Origin: Glycera tridactyla
Taxonomy: Eukaryota
Assembly: GCA_965644265.1 (NCBI GenBank)
Contig: OZ286461.1
Location: forward strand, 62,186,001 to 62,250,000
Direction of reading: 5' to 3'
Length of the DNA stretch: 64,000 nt
The notes under the pieces are model-generated. The model saw only the letters and a list, made by a program, of their open reading frames with translations. It was not told the origin of the DNA and did no database searches. Each line of letters starts with the position of its first letter. Position 1 is the stretch's first letter. Below are positions 12,183 to 25,200 of this stretch, piece by piece. Both the position numbers and the translations under genes were made by a program.

Positions 12183-15100
12183 AGCGTCGGCGTCGGCGTC
12201 GGCGTCGGCGTCCTCATCTGCGTTAAGGTCAGCGTTAAGGTCATGTTGAAGTCCCTTTGCTCAGCAACTAGAGGGCCTAGCTCCATATAATTGGGCACAC
12301 ATATACTTCAGTACATTTGCTATTGAATCCAGCCATCATCAAGGTGCCATCTCAATGTTCTGCTTGATTAATTTTGGGTTGAAACTTGTGTTTTCTGAAG
12401 TGATGGGACTCTGTCATTGGGGGCAATGTTGAAGTCATGTTAAAGTCACATTGCTCAGCAACTAGAGTGCCCAGCTCCATGGAATATGACATGCATATAC
12501 TTCAGTACATCTACTGATGAATCCAGCCATCATCAAGGTAGCATCCCAGTGTTCTGCTTGATTAATTCTGGGATGAAAATTGGGTTTTTTGAAGTGATGG
12601 GACTTAGCCATCTATGAGCTATTTCTGATGATCCGATTTATTCATGTTCAGTTTGCAGTTGATTCTCCACGTGTGTCTTTATCCCCTGTGATTGTATATT
12701 GCCCATGAAAGACTGATATGTGCGAGATGGTGATTTTGGGGCAAAAAATCACTTTTTTGAAATGAATGAACTTGGTCATTTCTGTTGAGTTTTTCAGTAC
12801 CCAGCCACCCCAAACTTGATACAGAGGGATCTCATAGCATTCCTTAATGAATGCAAGTCATGGATGAGGTCTCCTAAGAGGCCTGGTTCGTTTTGGGGTG
12901 AATATTGGTTTTCCAGAAATGGATTTTTCTGAAGATGTTGGCCATCCGTAGCCACACCAAACTTGGCATAGATGCAGTTCATAGCATTCCCTAGTGAATG
13001 CGAGCCATAGATGGGGTCTCCCAACAGGCCTGGTCGGTTTTGGGGTGAAAATTGGTTTTTCAGAAATGGATTTTTCTAAAAAAGGAGGCTGTTCATAGCC
13101 ACACCATACTTGTTACAGATGTACTTAATAGCATTCTCTAATGAATGCTAGCCATAGATAGGGTCTCCCATTAGGCCTGGTTGGTTTTGGGGTGAAAGTT
13201 GCTTTTTCAGAAATGGATTTTCCTGAAGATGTTGGCTGTCTGTAGCCTCAGCAAACTTGGCATGGATGTAGTTCATAGCATTCCCTGTTGGATGCTTGCC
13301 ATAGATGGGGTCTCCTAACAGGCCTGGTTGGTTTTGGGGTGAAAATTGCTTTTTCAGAAATGGATTTTTCTAATGAAGGTGGCTGTTCATAGCCACACCA
13401 TACTTGGTACAGATGTACTTGATAGCATTCCCTAATGAATGCTAGCCATTGATGGGGGTCTCCCAACAGGCCTGGTTGGTTTTGGGGTGAAAGTTGCTTT
13501 TTCAGAAATGGATTTTCCTGAAGATGTTGGCTGTCTGTAGCCTCAGCAAACTTGGCATGGATGTAGTTCATAGCATTCCCTAATGGATGCTTGCCATAGA
13601 TGGGGTCTCCCAACAGGCCTGGTTGGTTTTGGGGTGAAAATTGTTTTTTTTCAGAAATGGACTCTTGTAAAGAAGGTGGCTGTTCATAGACAGTCCAAAC
13701 TTGGCATGGATGCGGTTCATAGCATTCCTTGATGACTGCAAGTCATGGATGGGGTCTCCCAATAGGCCTGGTTGGTTTTGGGGTGAAAATTGTTTTTTTC
13801 AGAAATGGATTTTCCTAAAAATGTTGGCTGTCTGTAGCCTCAGCAAACCGGGCATGGATGTAGTTTATAGCATTGTCCAATGAATGCAAGCCATGGATTG
13901 GGTCTCTCAACAGGCCTGGTTGGTTTTTTTGGGAAAAAAAGTTTTTTCAGAAATGGATTTCTCTAAAGATGTTGGCTGTCCATAGCCACACCAGACTTGG
14001 CATAGATGTAGCTCATAGCATTCCCTAATGAATGCTAGCCATAGATGGGGTCTCCCAACAGGCCTGGTTGGTTTTGGGGTGAATTCTTTTTCTTCAGAAA
14101 AGGACTTTTCTAAAGAAGGTGGCTGTTCATAGACAGTCCAAACTTGGCATGGATGCAGTTCATAGCATTCCTTGATGAATGCTAGCCATAGTTGGGGTCT
14201 CCCAACAGGCCTGGTTGGTTTTGGGGTGAAAATTGGTTTTTCAGAAATGGATTTTCCTAAAGATGTTGGCTGTCCGTGGCCACAGCAAACTTGGTACAGA
14301 TGTACTTGATAGCATTCCCTAATGAATGCAAGCCATAGATTGGGTCTCCCAACAGGCCTGGTTGGTTTTGGGGTGAAAATTGTTTTTTTTTTCAGAAATG
14401 GACTTTTCTAAAGAAGGTGGCTGTTCATAGACAGTCCAAACTTGGCATGGATGCAGTTCATAGCATTCCTTGATGAATGCTAGCCATGGATGGGGTCTCC
14501 CAACAAGACTGGTTGGTTTTGGGGTGAAAATTTTGTTTTTCCGAAATGGATTTTTCTAAAGAAGGTGGCTGTTCTTAGCCACTCCATACTTGGTACAGAT
14601 GTACTTATTAGCATTCCCTAATGGATGCCAGCCATAGATGGGGTCTCCCAACAGGACTGGTTGGTTTTGGGGTGAAAATTTTGTTTTTCAGAAATGGATT
14701 TTTCTAAAGAAGGTGGCTGTTCGTAGCCAATCCATACTTGGTACAGATGTACTTATTAGCATTCCCTAATGGATGCTAGCCATAGATGGGGTCTCCCAAC
14801 AGGACTGGTTGGTTTTGGGGTGAAAATTGTTTTTTTCAGAAGTTGATTTCTCTAAAGAAGGTGGCTGTCCGTAGCCACTAGACCATACTTGGTACAGATG
14901 TAGTTCATAGCATTCCCTAATGAATGCAAGCCATAGATGGGGTCTCCCATTAGGCCTGGTTGGTTTTGGGGTGAAAATTGTTTTTTCAGAAATCGATGTC
15001 TCTAAAGAAGGTGGCTGTATTCCCTAATGAATGGTAGCCATGGATGGGGTCTCTCAACAGGCCTGGTTGGTTTTGGGGTGAAAATTGGTTTTTCAGAAAT

Positions 15101-16214
15101 GGATTTTCCTAAAGATGTTGGCTGTCTGTAGCCTCAGCAAACTTGGTATTGATGTACTTGATAGCATTCCCTAACGAATGCTAGCCATATGATAGATGGG
15201 GTCTCCCAACAGGCCTGGTTGGTTTTGGGGTGAAAATTGGTTTTTCAGAAATGGATTTTCCTAAAGATGTTGGCTGTCCGTGGCCACAGCAAACTCGGTA
15301 CAGATGTACTTGATAGCATTCCCTAATGAATGCAAGCCATAGATTGGGTCTCCCAACAGGCCTGGTTGGTTTTGGGGTGAAAATTGTTGTTTTTTTTCAG
15401 AAATGGACTTTTCTAAAGATGTTGGCTTTCCGTAGCCACTCCAAACTTGGTGCAGATTCAATTTATATTATTCCCTAATGAATGCAAGCCAGGGATCAGG
15501 GTTCCTGACAATGCTTATCGACTTTTGGGACAAAAGTAGATATTCAGAAATGGATTTTTCTTCAAGATTGTTGCTGCCCCTAGCCACACACTAAACTTGA
15601 CACTGATGCCTTTCATAGCATTCCTTCACAAATGCCTGCAATGGATAGGGACCGATGACAACCTTGCTTGATCTTGGGGACAAAAATGGTAATGTGAACC
15701 AGACGTGACTTCTGATGAGCATCAGCTAATAGATCCAACCTTTGTTTGAAAATTGATTTCCACAGCATGAGTTGGGTCATCTATGTGTTACATATATTCG
15801 AGGCGTTTGAGTTGGCTTCGTTGAGACGAGGTCCGCCTTCAGTGAAGGCTATGTTTATGAAGATTTAGTAGTATTATCTCCAGTCTGCATTCAATTTCAG
15901 AAATAGGTCTGTGTAGATTTCTGGTCCCTCTTGGGAAAAAAGAAATTGAATCCTCTTGAATATTGCAGGACAAGATGTTTGAATGACATACTGTAATTTG
16001 CATGTGAATTCATTCACACACGACTAGATATGTATCCCCATCGATACGGACTGATCAATTTGAATCTGCCTGAAATTAAGGCTGTAGTCGCAATGTAACA
16101 ATTATAGGCAATACTTCTTCAAACTTGACATTGAGAAGTACCCAAAGGTTAATGTTTCGATGGAAAAGAATTTGTTGGCTTTCTTATATCATTGCTGTTG
16201 TTTGTTCAATTGTT

Positions 16215-16270
<56 letters not shown>

Positions 16271-19200
16271 TGCATGCGTGCGTGCGTGCGTGCGTGCGTG
16301 TGTGCAAACACGAATTTGTGCAGGTGTTAACATGCTCAGATTTCATCATTATTGCCAAGCAGTCTCTAGATTCAAGGTCGTATTCAATGCTTGATCTCAT
16401 CGCCTCGTTGGTGACTCGACATCATCAATAGAGGATAGATCTCATATACATCTCATTCACATCCGTCTCTTTCTCTCTCATTTCTCCAGGTGAAGACACA
16501 ATTCTTGGTGATCAGTCGATGTCGATAGACGACATGAAGTTCCTCGGTGATGACTCCATCACTCCCATCCGGGTACGTAACGCCATATGTGACGTCGTCA
16601 TTTTCGTCATGGTACCCATGACGAAAATTATTGTCTCTTCAATGGACACTAGCATTATTTTCATGATCTTACGATACTTTACTTTTGGTGTTAGATTTTA
16701 ATTTCCTCATTATGTTTCTCCTACTTCTTTTGTTTTCAAGGATATTGAATCAAAACTGACATATTCGATGATTTTCAGACTCGAAGTCATTTCACACTCA
16801 AACCCATCATCATTATTTGGTCCTTTGAAGATTGAAATAAGTATCAATTCAGTGGGTTCTATAAACTACCTGATATTGAACTGATAGCCGAATGTTTTTA
16901 GTTACAAGCTAGTCATCTGTGATGAAATTCCCCAGATTGCTGGAGTATTTACTTTACTTATGTGAATCATTCGAGATTAGTGACTACTGGGAAAAATGTC
17001 AAAATTTTGTTTTCTGCCAGTTGTAATTTGCCCCACTGGTCTTGTGATGTTTTCGTAAGCAAAATTCAAGACAGTTCATTGATATATTTGAATTGTTGTG
17101 AAAAAAAGAACTTTCATTTTGAAAGTAGTGCATAAAAGTGATACAATCAAATTCAAACAAAAATGTTCTGGTCCTTTTGATTCTTTGTGCATTTTTCAGT
17201 CGGCACAAATATTGGGCAATTGGTGTCAGGTTATTCTGTTTCAGTCCTTTTATCCATATCAAAATCACATCAAATTAGAGATATCTCCACATCCAAATTC
17301 TGTTGAAAAGAATCTTATTTTTATGTAATCGATTTTTTCGGTACATTTATTTCATTTCACAAGTTGTGGTGTTGTGAAACTGGTTTTGAGTATCCATATA
17401 CATGTATGTGGTGTGTGAATATGTCGCACTACTTTGGCCTATTGATGTTGTGATGCTTCTTGTATATTTGTGTTGTCAGTGGTTTGTAGCAGTGTTATTT
17501 TACGTATCTAGGACGAATTCTTGACCATGGATCGATTCAGTACAGCGACATCCATGTCAGGATACATGCAGGAAGACATTCAGTACCTGCACTCTGACGG
17601 TGACATGAATGCACCTGTCTTCGACACACTGCCCGGTGAAGCATCCCCGGCAGTCCGCTTGAGACATGGGAGAAATTACGACAGTCTGTCACCTCAGGCC
17701 CGACTGGCTTCACATGAGCGATTACCATCACAAGATCGCTCCTACTATTCTACAGATCCACGTGAATTGTCGCTGGACCGTGACTCAGCTCGCTACTCCA
17801 GGGACAGCGAGAAGTTGTTGAATGACTATGGTAGCTTAACACGGGAACGAGATCCTACCCGCATACATGATCGAAATGTATCACGAGACTCGCGTGATTC
17901 TCGCGATCTCTCAAATGGGCCATATCGCGATACATCAAGAGATTCCAGAGACCTCTCGAGGGATTCCCGGGACATATCACGAGACACATCAGGAGACCGT
18001 GACTACTCACGGGATCGGGATCGACAACCATCCAGAGATAGGGACCGGCGAAGACGACGGCACCGTTATCCATCACACGATCGCTACTCATCTGGTGATC
18101 GTCGTCCCCGATCCCGGTCACATTCAGCGGACCGATACTCACTGCCATACTTTGATAAGGTAAACCTCCTTCAACCTGGTAACATAACCAGCAGCGACTG
18201 CATCCTCTAACATGCTTTCACCGACTACCACCAGGAGGCGTGCTGTGAACTCGGAATTGCGCATGTTCTCCGCCATCATTACTAATGATAAGTTGGGATG
18301 ACAACGAAAGCAGTCTCAGCATGAGAAATAAATGTCTTGTGTGATGCATGTTGTGTCATTTTTCTTTTGTTTGAGATTGCTTCAGTTGTGGTGTTAGATA
18401 GATTATGGTATTCAAGTTACTAGTTTGAATGAAGCTGACCGTGCACTTCCCTGATACCAAATACAAATTCTCGGATGAATTTATGTATCAAGTGAGTGAG
18501 ATGCATAAGATAAAGCCATTGGTTCAAATGACCCATTGTTGATTGGTGATTACTCAGAACCATGCAGTACTTTTCATATTTTCAAACAGTTCCATAAAAT
18601 CGATATACAGTAGAAACTCTAATTTCAAAGATGCCGGCAATATGATTTTGGAGTAATCATCACTATTTTTTGGCTAAAATTACTCCGAGAAATTCTCACT
18701 CTTCTAATTTGACCATTGCAATGATTGTCAACATTACTATGTTTGCTATCTTTTATTATCGGCAATGGAATAGCCATAGTAAGCGCAGTCACCGGCAGCT
18801 TCATGGTATATATAGAAGTGTTTAGATGGACACACCTCATGCTACGGAGCAAACAAAATTATCACACAAAACAGGTGTTGAAAATATTGCGTTCATATTC
18901 CAGGATATTGAGCTTGTTTGAAATCTGGAACATACTGAGAAACTTTCCATCATCTAGACACAGTTGATGTATTGAATCTGTCCAAATTTTGCTCAGAAGA
19001 TTAACTCAGAATGAATATATAGTAATCCTTCAGATTATGCTTCTATTTCTCTGTCAGTGATTCAGGAACTTCAACATTCACAAGTTCATCATCTAATAGT
19101 GTTGATTTGGGATGTGTCCATCCAGGCATTTCATCAGAATAGTTGATATATTTGATGTAAGTGTTCGCATAGCGGCATACAGAAAGAGAGTCTTTGAAGC

Positions 19201-22200
19201 GTTTTCTCGGCAGGAGATCCTCCTTTTCAAACACCAGTTTTCATGATTTTGCAATCAGGCAAAGATTTGGCATTTCACTCATGGCGTGAGTGAAAATTTT
19301 CACGGAAAATGTAATAGTTGTTCCATATTATTCATTGTTCTTTGAATCCAGTACTAATTTAAGTCATTACCTTTCTGATAATTCTGAAATATAAATCAAA
19401 GGCTCTCTACCTAGTAACATGACTTCCTTTTTCAGCAAAACAAGAAAATGAACCATGTAATACCATTTCTACGCCTTAACAGCTGTATGTACCTGAAAGA
19501 TACCAACACATTCACTAAGGAGTTTGCATATGTACATCATTGTATCTCAAACATTTTAGTGTGTTTATGGGCAACCTTGAACCAAACTAACATTGCATGG
19601 GATCCCTTTTTTAGTTTCAATTGGTATTACCATCTCCTATAGAGGAGTCTTATTTCAACTCACATTTGACTCATCCATTTGTTAACCCTACTCACCTGGC
19701 ATTCACAACTAATCTTGATGGAAGTGTGGGCCTTGACTGCTTTATCCATCAGCAGAATAATATGCTTTTCATTTCTCAGCAGCTGGTTGCATTTCCATTG
19801 AATTTGGCTGCCATGTTTGTAAAGGTTTTCAAAGTATTAAGAATAATTTCTTATTCTGAATTACATCTTGCCATATATATTCTAGCTTGTAAATTAAATA
19901 TACAGAATGCAAAAGTAAGAACCCATCTCCATTCAATAGCTAGAGGTCTCGGCTTTTAGTTTTTGATGCAACATTCAGATATTGTTGAAGTGAAAAAAAC
20001 AACATATTCACTGTATAAGAACTTGAAAGATTGTATAACAAGCTTATGTAGTGTAGGTCATATGACACATGAACATAATGAAAGGGAAAGAGAAGTATAA
20101 ATAAACATTATGAGACAAAAAAGCCTGAAACAACTGTAAGACTCAAATACGAATGGCAGGGTGACATGTTTGCAAGACATATGGTAGTAGATGATAAGAA
20201 AGGTACGTATCAGCTAGAAATAGTTTTGGAAAAGTAATCACAAAAACAATTACTAGGACATAGGAGAAAAAATGCTTAGTCAGATGACCAAGTGTTGGGT
20301 AACTTGTATGAGTTGTGAGCTAGAAATAGCAATTCAGTCATTGGGATTCAATTGGGAATAACAAATTCATTTCATTTGGGGAGGGGGGGGGGGGGGGGGC
20401 TGACTATCGAGTCATTGAGTAACTGATTGATATTGCTGTTTTTGAAAACAGGAAATGTGCATCATACTCGACCTACTGTTCGAAATGATTGTAATCGGAA
20501 GTGTTGGAAAAGATAAGAGATAAGATACATGTCTGGCTTAGATATTAGGTCTGTTGACACATCTATCAGTAGTAAAAGTATTCGATACTCAGTGGTTGTT
20601 GAGATGCTTGCGTTTTATGACGGATATTATGCTTATTCAAGATTCAAATATTCTCAGGCATGTGGGATTTTTACAATGAAATGGTAGGTGTCTCCATTAA
20701 GTAAGGAGGAATTGGAATATAGTTTGCATGAATATGGACCGCTTAAAAAACTAATACTTTTTTATTATAACCAATATTACCACCATGAATATTTCTTGAC
20801 GAAATCAATTTACAGATTTGTGATTGATAGACCATGGCTTTGTTGAATTTTTTGTTGATATGATTCATTGGTCTGTTTGTGCATGTTTGATTTAGATCAC
20901 AGACCATGTGTGAAAGCTTTTGAATCAAATTGATGAGTTGATGTGAATTTGTGGGTGAGATTAGTTTTGGCAGTTGGTGTCATTATTTGATCCACACTCC
21001 TTAATTGAGGTTGATAACAATATAAGCTCAGAATCCTCAACTGTAAGATTTCATTCCTTTTCAGTGTCAATGGGGCCTCTTGGAAGCCATACACTGGTTA
21101 TCTGCTAGATTATGCCACCCTCCCATTGAACAGTCACAACATGACTTATCTCGATGCTTTCAATCAGCTCTAAGGAAGATAAATAGGATTGCAACAAGAA
21201 ATTTCAACTGTAATCTGTACCACATTGGCTAGATATTATAGATATTATGTATTATTTGTGTCTGGAAAGCAGTGTTCAGAAAGCAAAACTTTGCAGTGTT
21301 ATCAACTTGATCTTGGACCGCATTGTATAACTGAATTGGAAGGTACTCAAGGTTCGGTCTGGTGAAATCACTTTGCCAAAACTACTGTGTAAGGATATGC
21401 AATGTATAAACTTGGCTCCATCTTATATCAATTTGTGAGCTGGATTTCATCAGAAAATCATTTTAAGTCAGTGCTATAGTCAATGCTGCATTGTATAGCT
21501 AAATTGGAAGGTGCTCAAGATTTGGTCTAGTGAAATTGCTTTGCCAAAACTACTCTATTATGGCATAGAACATATCAGTGCTTAATAACATATAGGAGGA
21601 AGTCTTGAAGAGACATGAGCTCATGGATGCTTTTTATGATTTTATCATTTCAGGAGGAAAAGTTAGAAGCAACCGTTGGTGGCGGAATGCTGATGGCTGG
21701 CAAAGCGCCTTCGTCCATGGACGAGTCACGTGGTAACATCTACGGCTCGTACAGTGGCGCCTCATTCGCCAGCAGTTTCGATCCCGACAATATTGCATTG
21801 GATAGACATCCAATCTACTCTGGGTAGGTTATATCTAAATCTAGCCGAATACATGTACGGTAGTTTCCGTGATGAGAGTCTGTTGTTTTCCAAGATGGAG
21901 TCTGCTCTGCATTCACATTCGATCAACAGAGTAATTGGAGTTCATCAGTTTCGATCACTCCCATGTTTACAGGACCCATGAATGAATAGATCAGATCTTT
22001 ATCAACCCACATATTGGGGCTGCTGTGGAAGTCCTCAAGATTGAAGGTGAAGTGAAATCATTGATGCCAATTTTCCAAGGATTTTCGGAGTTTCAAAAAT
22101 TGAATGGAAATTAGAATTGAACAATTTCTACTAGTTGGTGGGAAGTTTCAGAACATATCCATTTGAGAATATGCGGACTTTTTCCCCAGAAAATTTGATC

Positions 22201-25200
22201 ATATTATTGAGTTATTTTGCTTCATCTCAATGGCATCACTGTGAAATTCATGCAATGTACAATTCAAAATTAGCTGAAATATGTATCATATGGGATACCA
22301 GTACATTTGGCAACATTTATCATCACAGTTGCTACCTGATCATATAATTCTGTTGTGGCCAGGTAGGAATGTTGATATTGTGAATGCAAGAGATGACTCC
22401 GCACTTCGAAACAGACTGACGGAGATGCCATTTGACATGCAGTGGTTTTTGAAAGCATTTCTTGTCATTCATCCATGACAAATGATGCTGTCATTCAACA
22501 TCAAATCACATTACAAACAAAACAATCTTTGCCTAAATTTTTCATGCATAAGATTTGTAAAAACGGCATTAGTGATTATTGAAAATATTCTGTCAGAATT
22601 CTGTGAATTGAAATACATTTTCTATGTGAACATGTGATTCGATGTCAAGATATGCATCAATTGAGAATTGGATGAATGGATATGATTCAAATTTATATCA
22701 TTCCGCGAAATTTATTATCAGACTAACAAAATTCATACTTGATCATAGTTAAGACAGTTGATTGTTTTTCCCTGCGAACTTGTGATAATGAATTGTTCTT
22801 GTTGTGAGAGACATGAATTACCATAGTTCATCGAATAACAGTTGCATGAGAGTTCTCTCAGTGTTTGTCCTAGATTGTACTGATTTTTGGAAGCCCGGAA
22901 TTTTCAAAGTTTGTCCTATATTTTAGGCAATCAATTAGCCCGAAATATATGATAGCATTCAGTGACATGAGGCATTAACTATTGATAGTAACTTGTGTCC
23001 AGCTTGGTGATTTTACAGAGTGTGTTGTTGATTGATTGTCATACTAATATATGTTATTCAGAAGATTAATTGCCACAAAGAACTAGTTGATTGATGACAT
23101 GGTGGGCCTTTCATCTGTAAGTGAAATCCAGAGAAGCTGCTACTATTAGCTTGATTCTGTCTATCCAGGTAGAGAATTCATGAAATTGAAAAAGAATGTT
23201 ATCGATGTCACCATGCCTGGACATAGATAGGAAAGGACAAATTTGAATGATATTCCTGTGGATTGAGTTGTAAGTGGTGATTTTAATGAGACCTGGAACC
23301 TGTTCACCATCTATTGGGCAAGTTTGCACATTTCAAACACACTCTTGGTCTCTCTGATGATGTGATTGTACAGTCCAATTCTCTCGCACTCATGCACACC
23401 AACACATGTGCACATGTACAGATTAGTCACTCTGCATTCTGTTATCTACTATCTAGATAGATAAAAAATCCATTTTTCAAGAAGCCCCAAATCATATTAC
23501 AGATTGGTAATTTTCTTTTGTGAGCTTGGTGAAACTTCCGTGGGAGTGAAGCAAATTATGAAAGATGCTGAGTGATACTCAGCATTTTCCCAAGACTCCA
23601 AAATCACCTTGTGAGATTTTCTTCAAATAGTAGCTTGGAAGAATAGAGATGTCAATCCAAGCTCATGAAAGAGAGACACCGTAGAGTGACTAGTCTGTGA
23701 ATGTTTAAAAATATATCCCTGAAAAGTCTGCTTTTTAGCAGTCATCATCTTAGTTCATTGCTGTTCAGATATGGATATTTAGTATTATGGAGCAGGCGAA
23801 AGACCATGAATGTTAGAAAGTGATCCTTCTGTAGCCATCCAAACAAATGTTTTGTGATCTTATGAAAAGATAGACAAATGTGGCCGTGAACTATTCTTGG
23901 TTGTTATTGGGATCAAGTTGGTCTCAACTTTCTTTCATCCAACCTCCTACCCAGTATACCCTGCAGTTATCCATCCTCAGCATTTTCAATTGGAATTTCT
24001 TTGATTTGATCATCTTCCATATATTCATAGACCACTTACCCTCTTTCAAGAAACTAACCCAATATATGTAGATGCAATGCTCCAATAGATTCGCTTCCCT
24101 CCGATGAATTTTACTGCCCTTCCCTGATATAGTCAACATACAAACAATCTTAGAACAAATGTGGTAACTTTATCAAAGGCTCTTTGCAAGTCAATGGGAA
24201 TAATTCAAGATCATTATATGAGGACTGGTGGCAGGGTGGAGAGTTCAAAAGACTCCTCTCACTTTTTTCAGAGAATAGAATTTGGCTAGAAAATGGATGG
24301 AAAATAATGATATAGCCATCAGATTGGAAGAATATATATAAAGGGCTGATGTTTATAAAGGGTTCTTTTTGAAAGTATAAAACCTGTGCCATTATACCAT
24401 TCAAACCCCTTCAAAGGTTGCTCCTTTCATATGAATTCAAAATGACCAGACATGTTCAATCACTGCTTCTATGGATCTTAGCTTGAACTGGGAGTACAAT
24501 TAGGTTATGGTCAAGAAATAATGTGGTCAAATTTGAGGATGATTCCCCGAATCCAATATATAAGTTAGCAAGTAGGTCATCACTTCATGATGAAAATTAG
24601 AGTGCATTGTTTACATTTATTCATGATGGTATTCGGAGGCAAACTCTTTTGCTTTCACGTGCAATTCTTTGGTGAACACTATCAAACATATCTCCCTTTG
24701 GCGCTGTAGTTGATTATACCCTCTTACCTTCGCCACCCAAGGCAACCTGTCCTCAAGGCGGCATTTCCTCCCAATTTATCTGAAGACACAGCTGTCAGAA
24801 ATGTCGGTAGTCAATCCCAACCTCCATACATCCCACCCTGCTACCACTACCACCAATGCCTCCACTACCACCACTTCCTCATTTATCCATTGGTCATAGA
24901 AGTTTACTCATGGAAGGCTGAATTTCACATGCTTCATATTCTTTGAATGGAAAGTGGATATTGCTGAAATTTGCACTGGAAATTCAGTGAGATGCAGTAG
25001 TTAGATTTCATAATGATTGAAATTGAGTTCTTGTGGTAGAATCACTTCATCTAAATTTCATGCCAGGGATGATTCGTTTTTCCTGGAATTGGGATTTCAA
25101 AACCTAGAAATATTTTTCGAGAAGGACAGAAATTTGTTTTGGGTTGTTGGTGTAGATAATATTCTCGGTGCTTATAGACTGTTATGTTTCTTTCCTGCCT

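Larger units (their letters stand above)
12101..15856 (+). mobile_element. Non-autonomous Helentron-associated (HINE/DINE-1/pearl-like) element with internal satellite array
   Basis: Perfect 17-bp subterminal IRs ACCTCGTCTCAACGAAG (12104-12120) and CTTCGTTGAGACGAGGT (15816-15832); 5' hairpin CTCAAC-GAA-GTTGAG; (GGCGTC)11 microsatellite; central tandem repeats; 3' stem-loop GCCTTCA-G-TGAAGGC (15835-15849); T-runs at both ends. Confidence 0.88.

Noticed and set aside
12049-12249. ORF with an ASASAS repeat
   Set aside because: Translation of the (GGCGTC)n microsatellite of the HINE.
12794-15461. Repeated minus-strand ORFs (MGDPIY...) and CRISPR-like periodicity
   Set aside because: Products of the 147-bp satellite; units are full-length repeats without unique spacers, in a eukaryotic intron with no cas genes.
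16741-16851. Strong acceptor (ttttgttttcaag) with a 111-nt open phase-0 frame
   Set aside because: Only weak donors (TCA|gtgggt, GAA|gtcatt) and AT-rich, non-exon-like composition.
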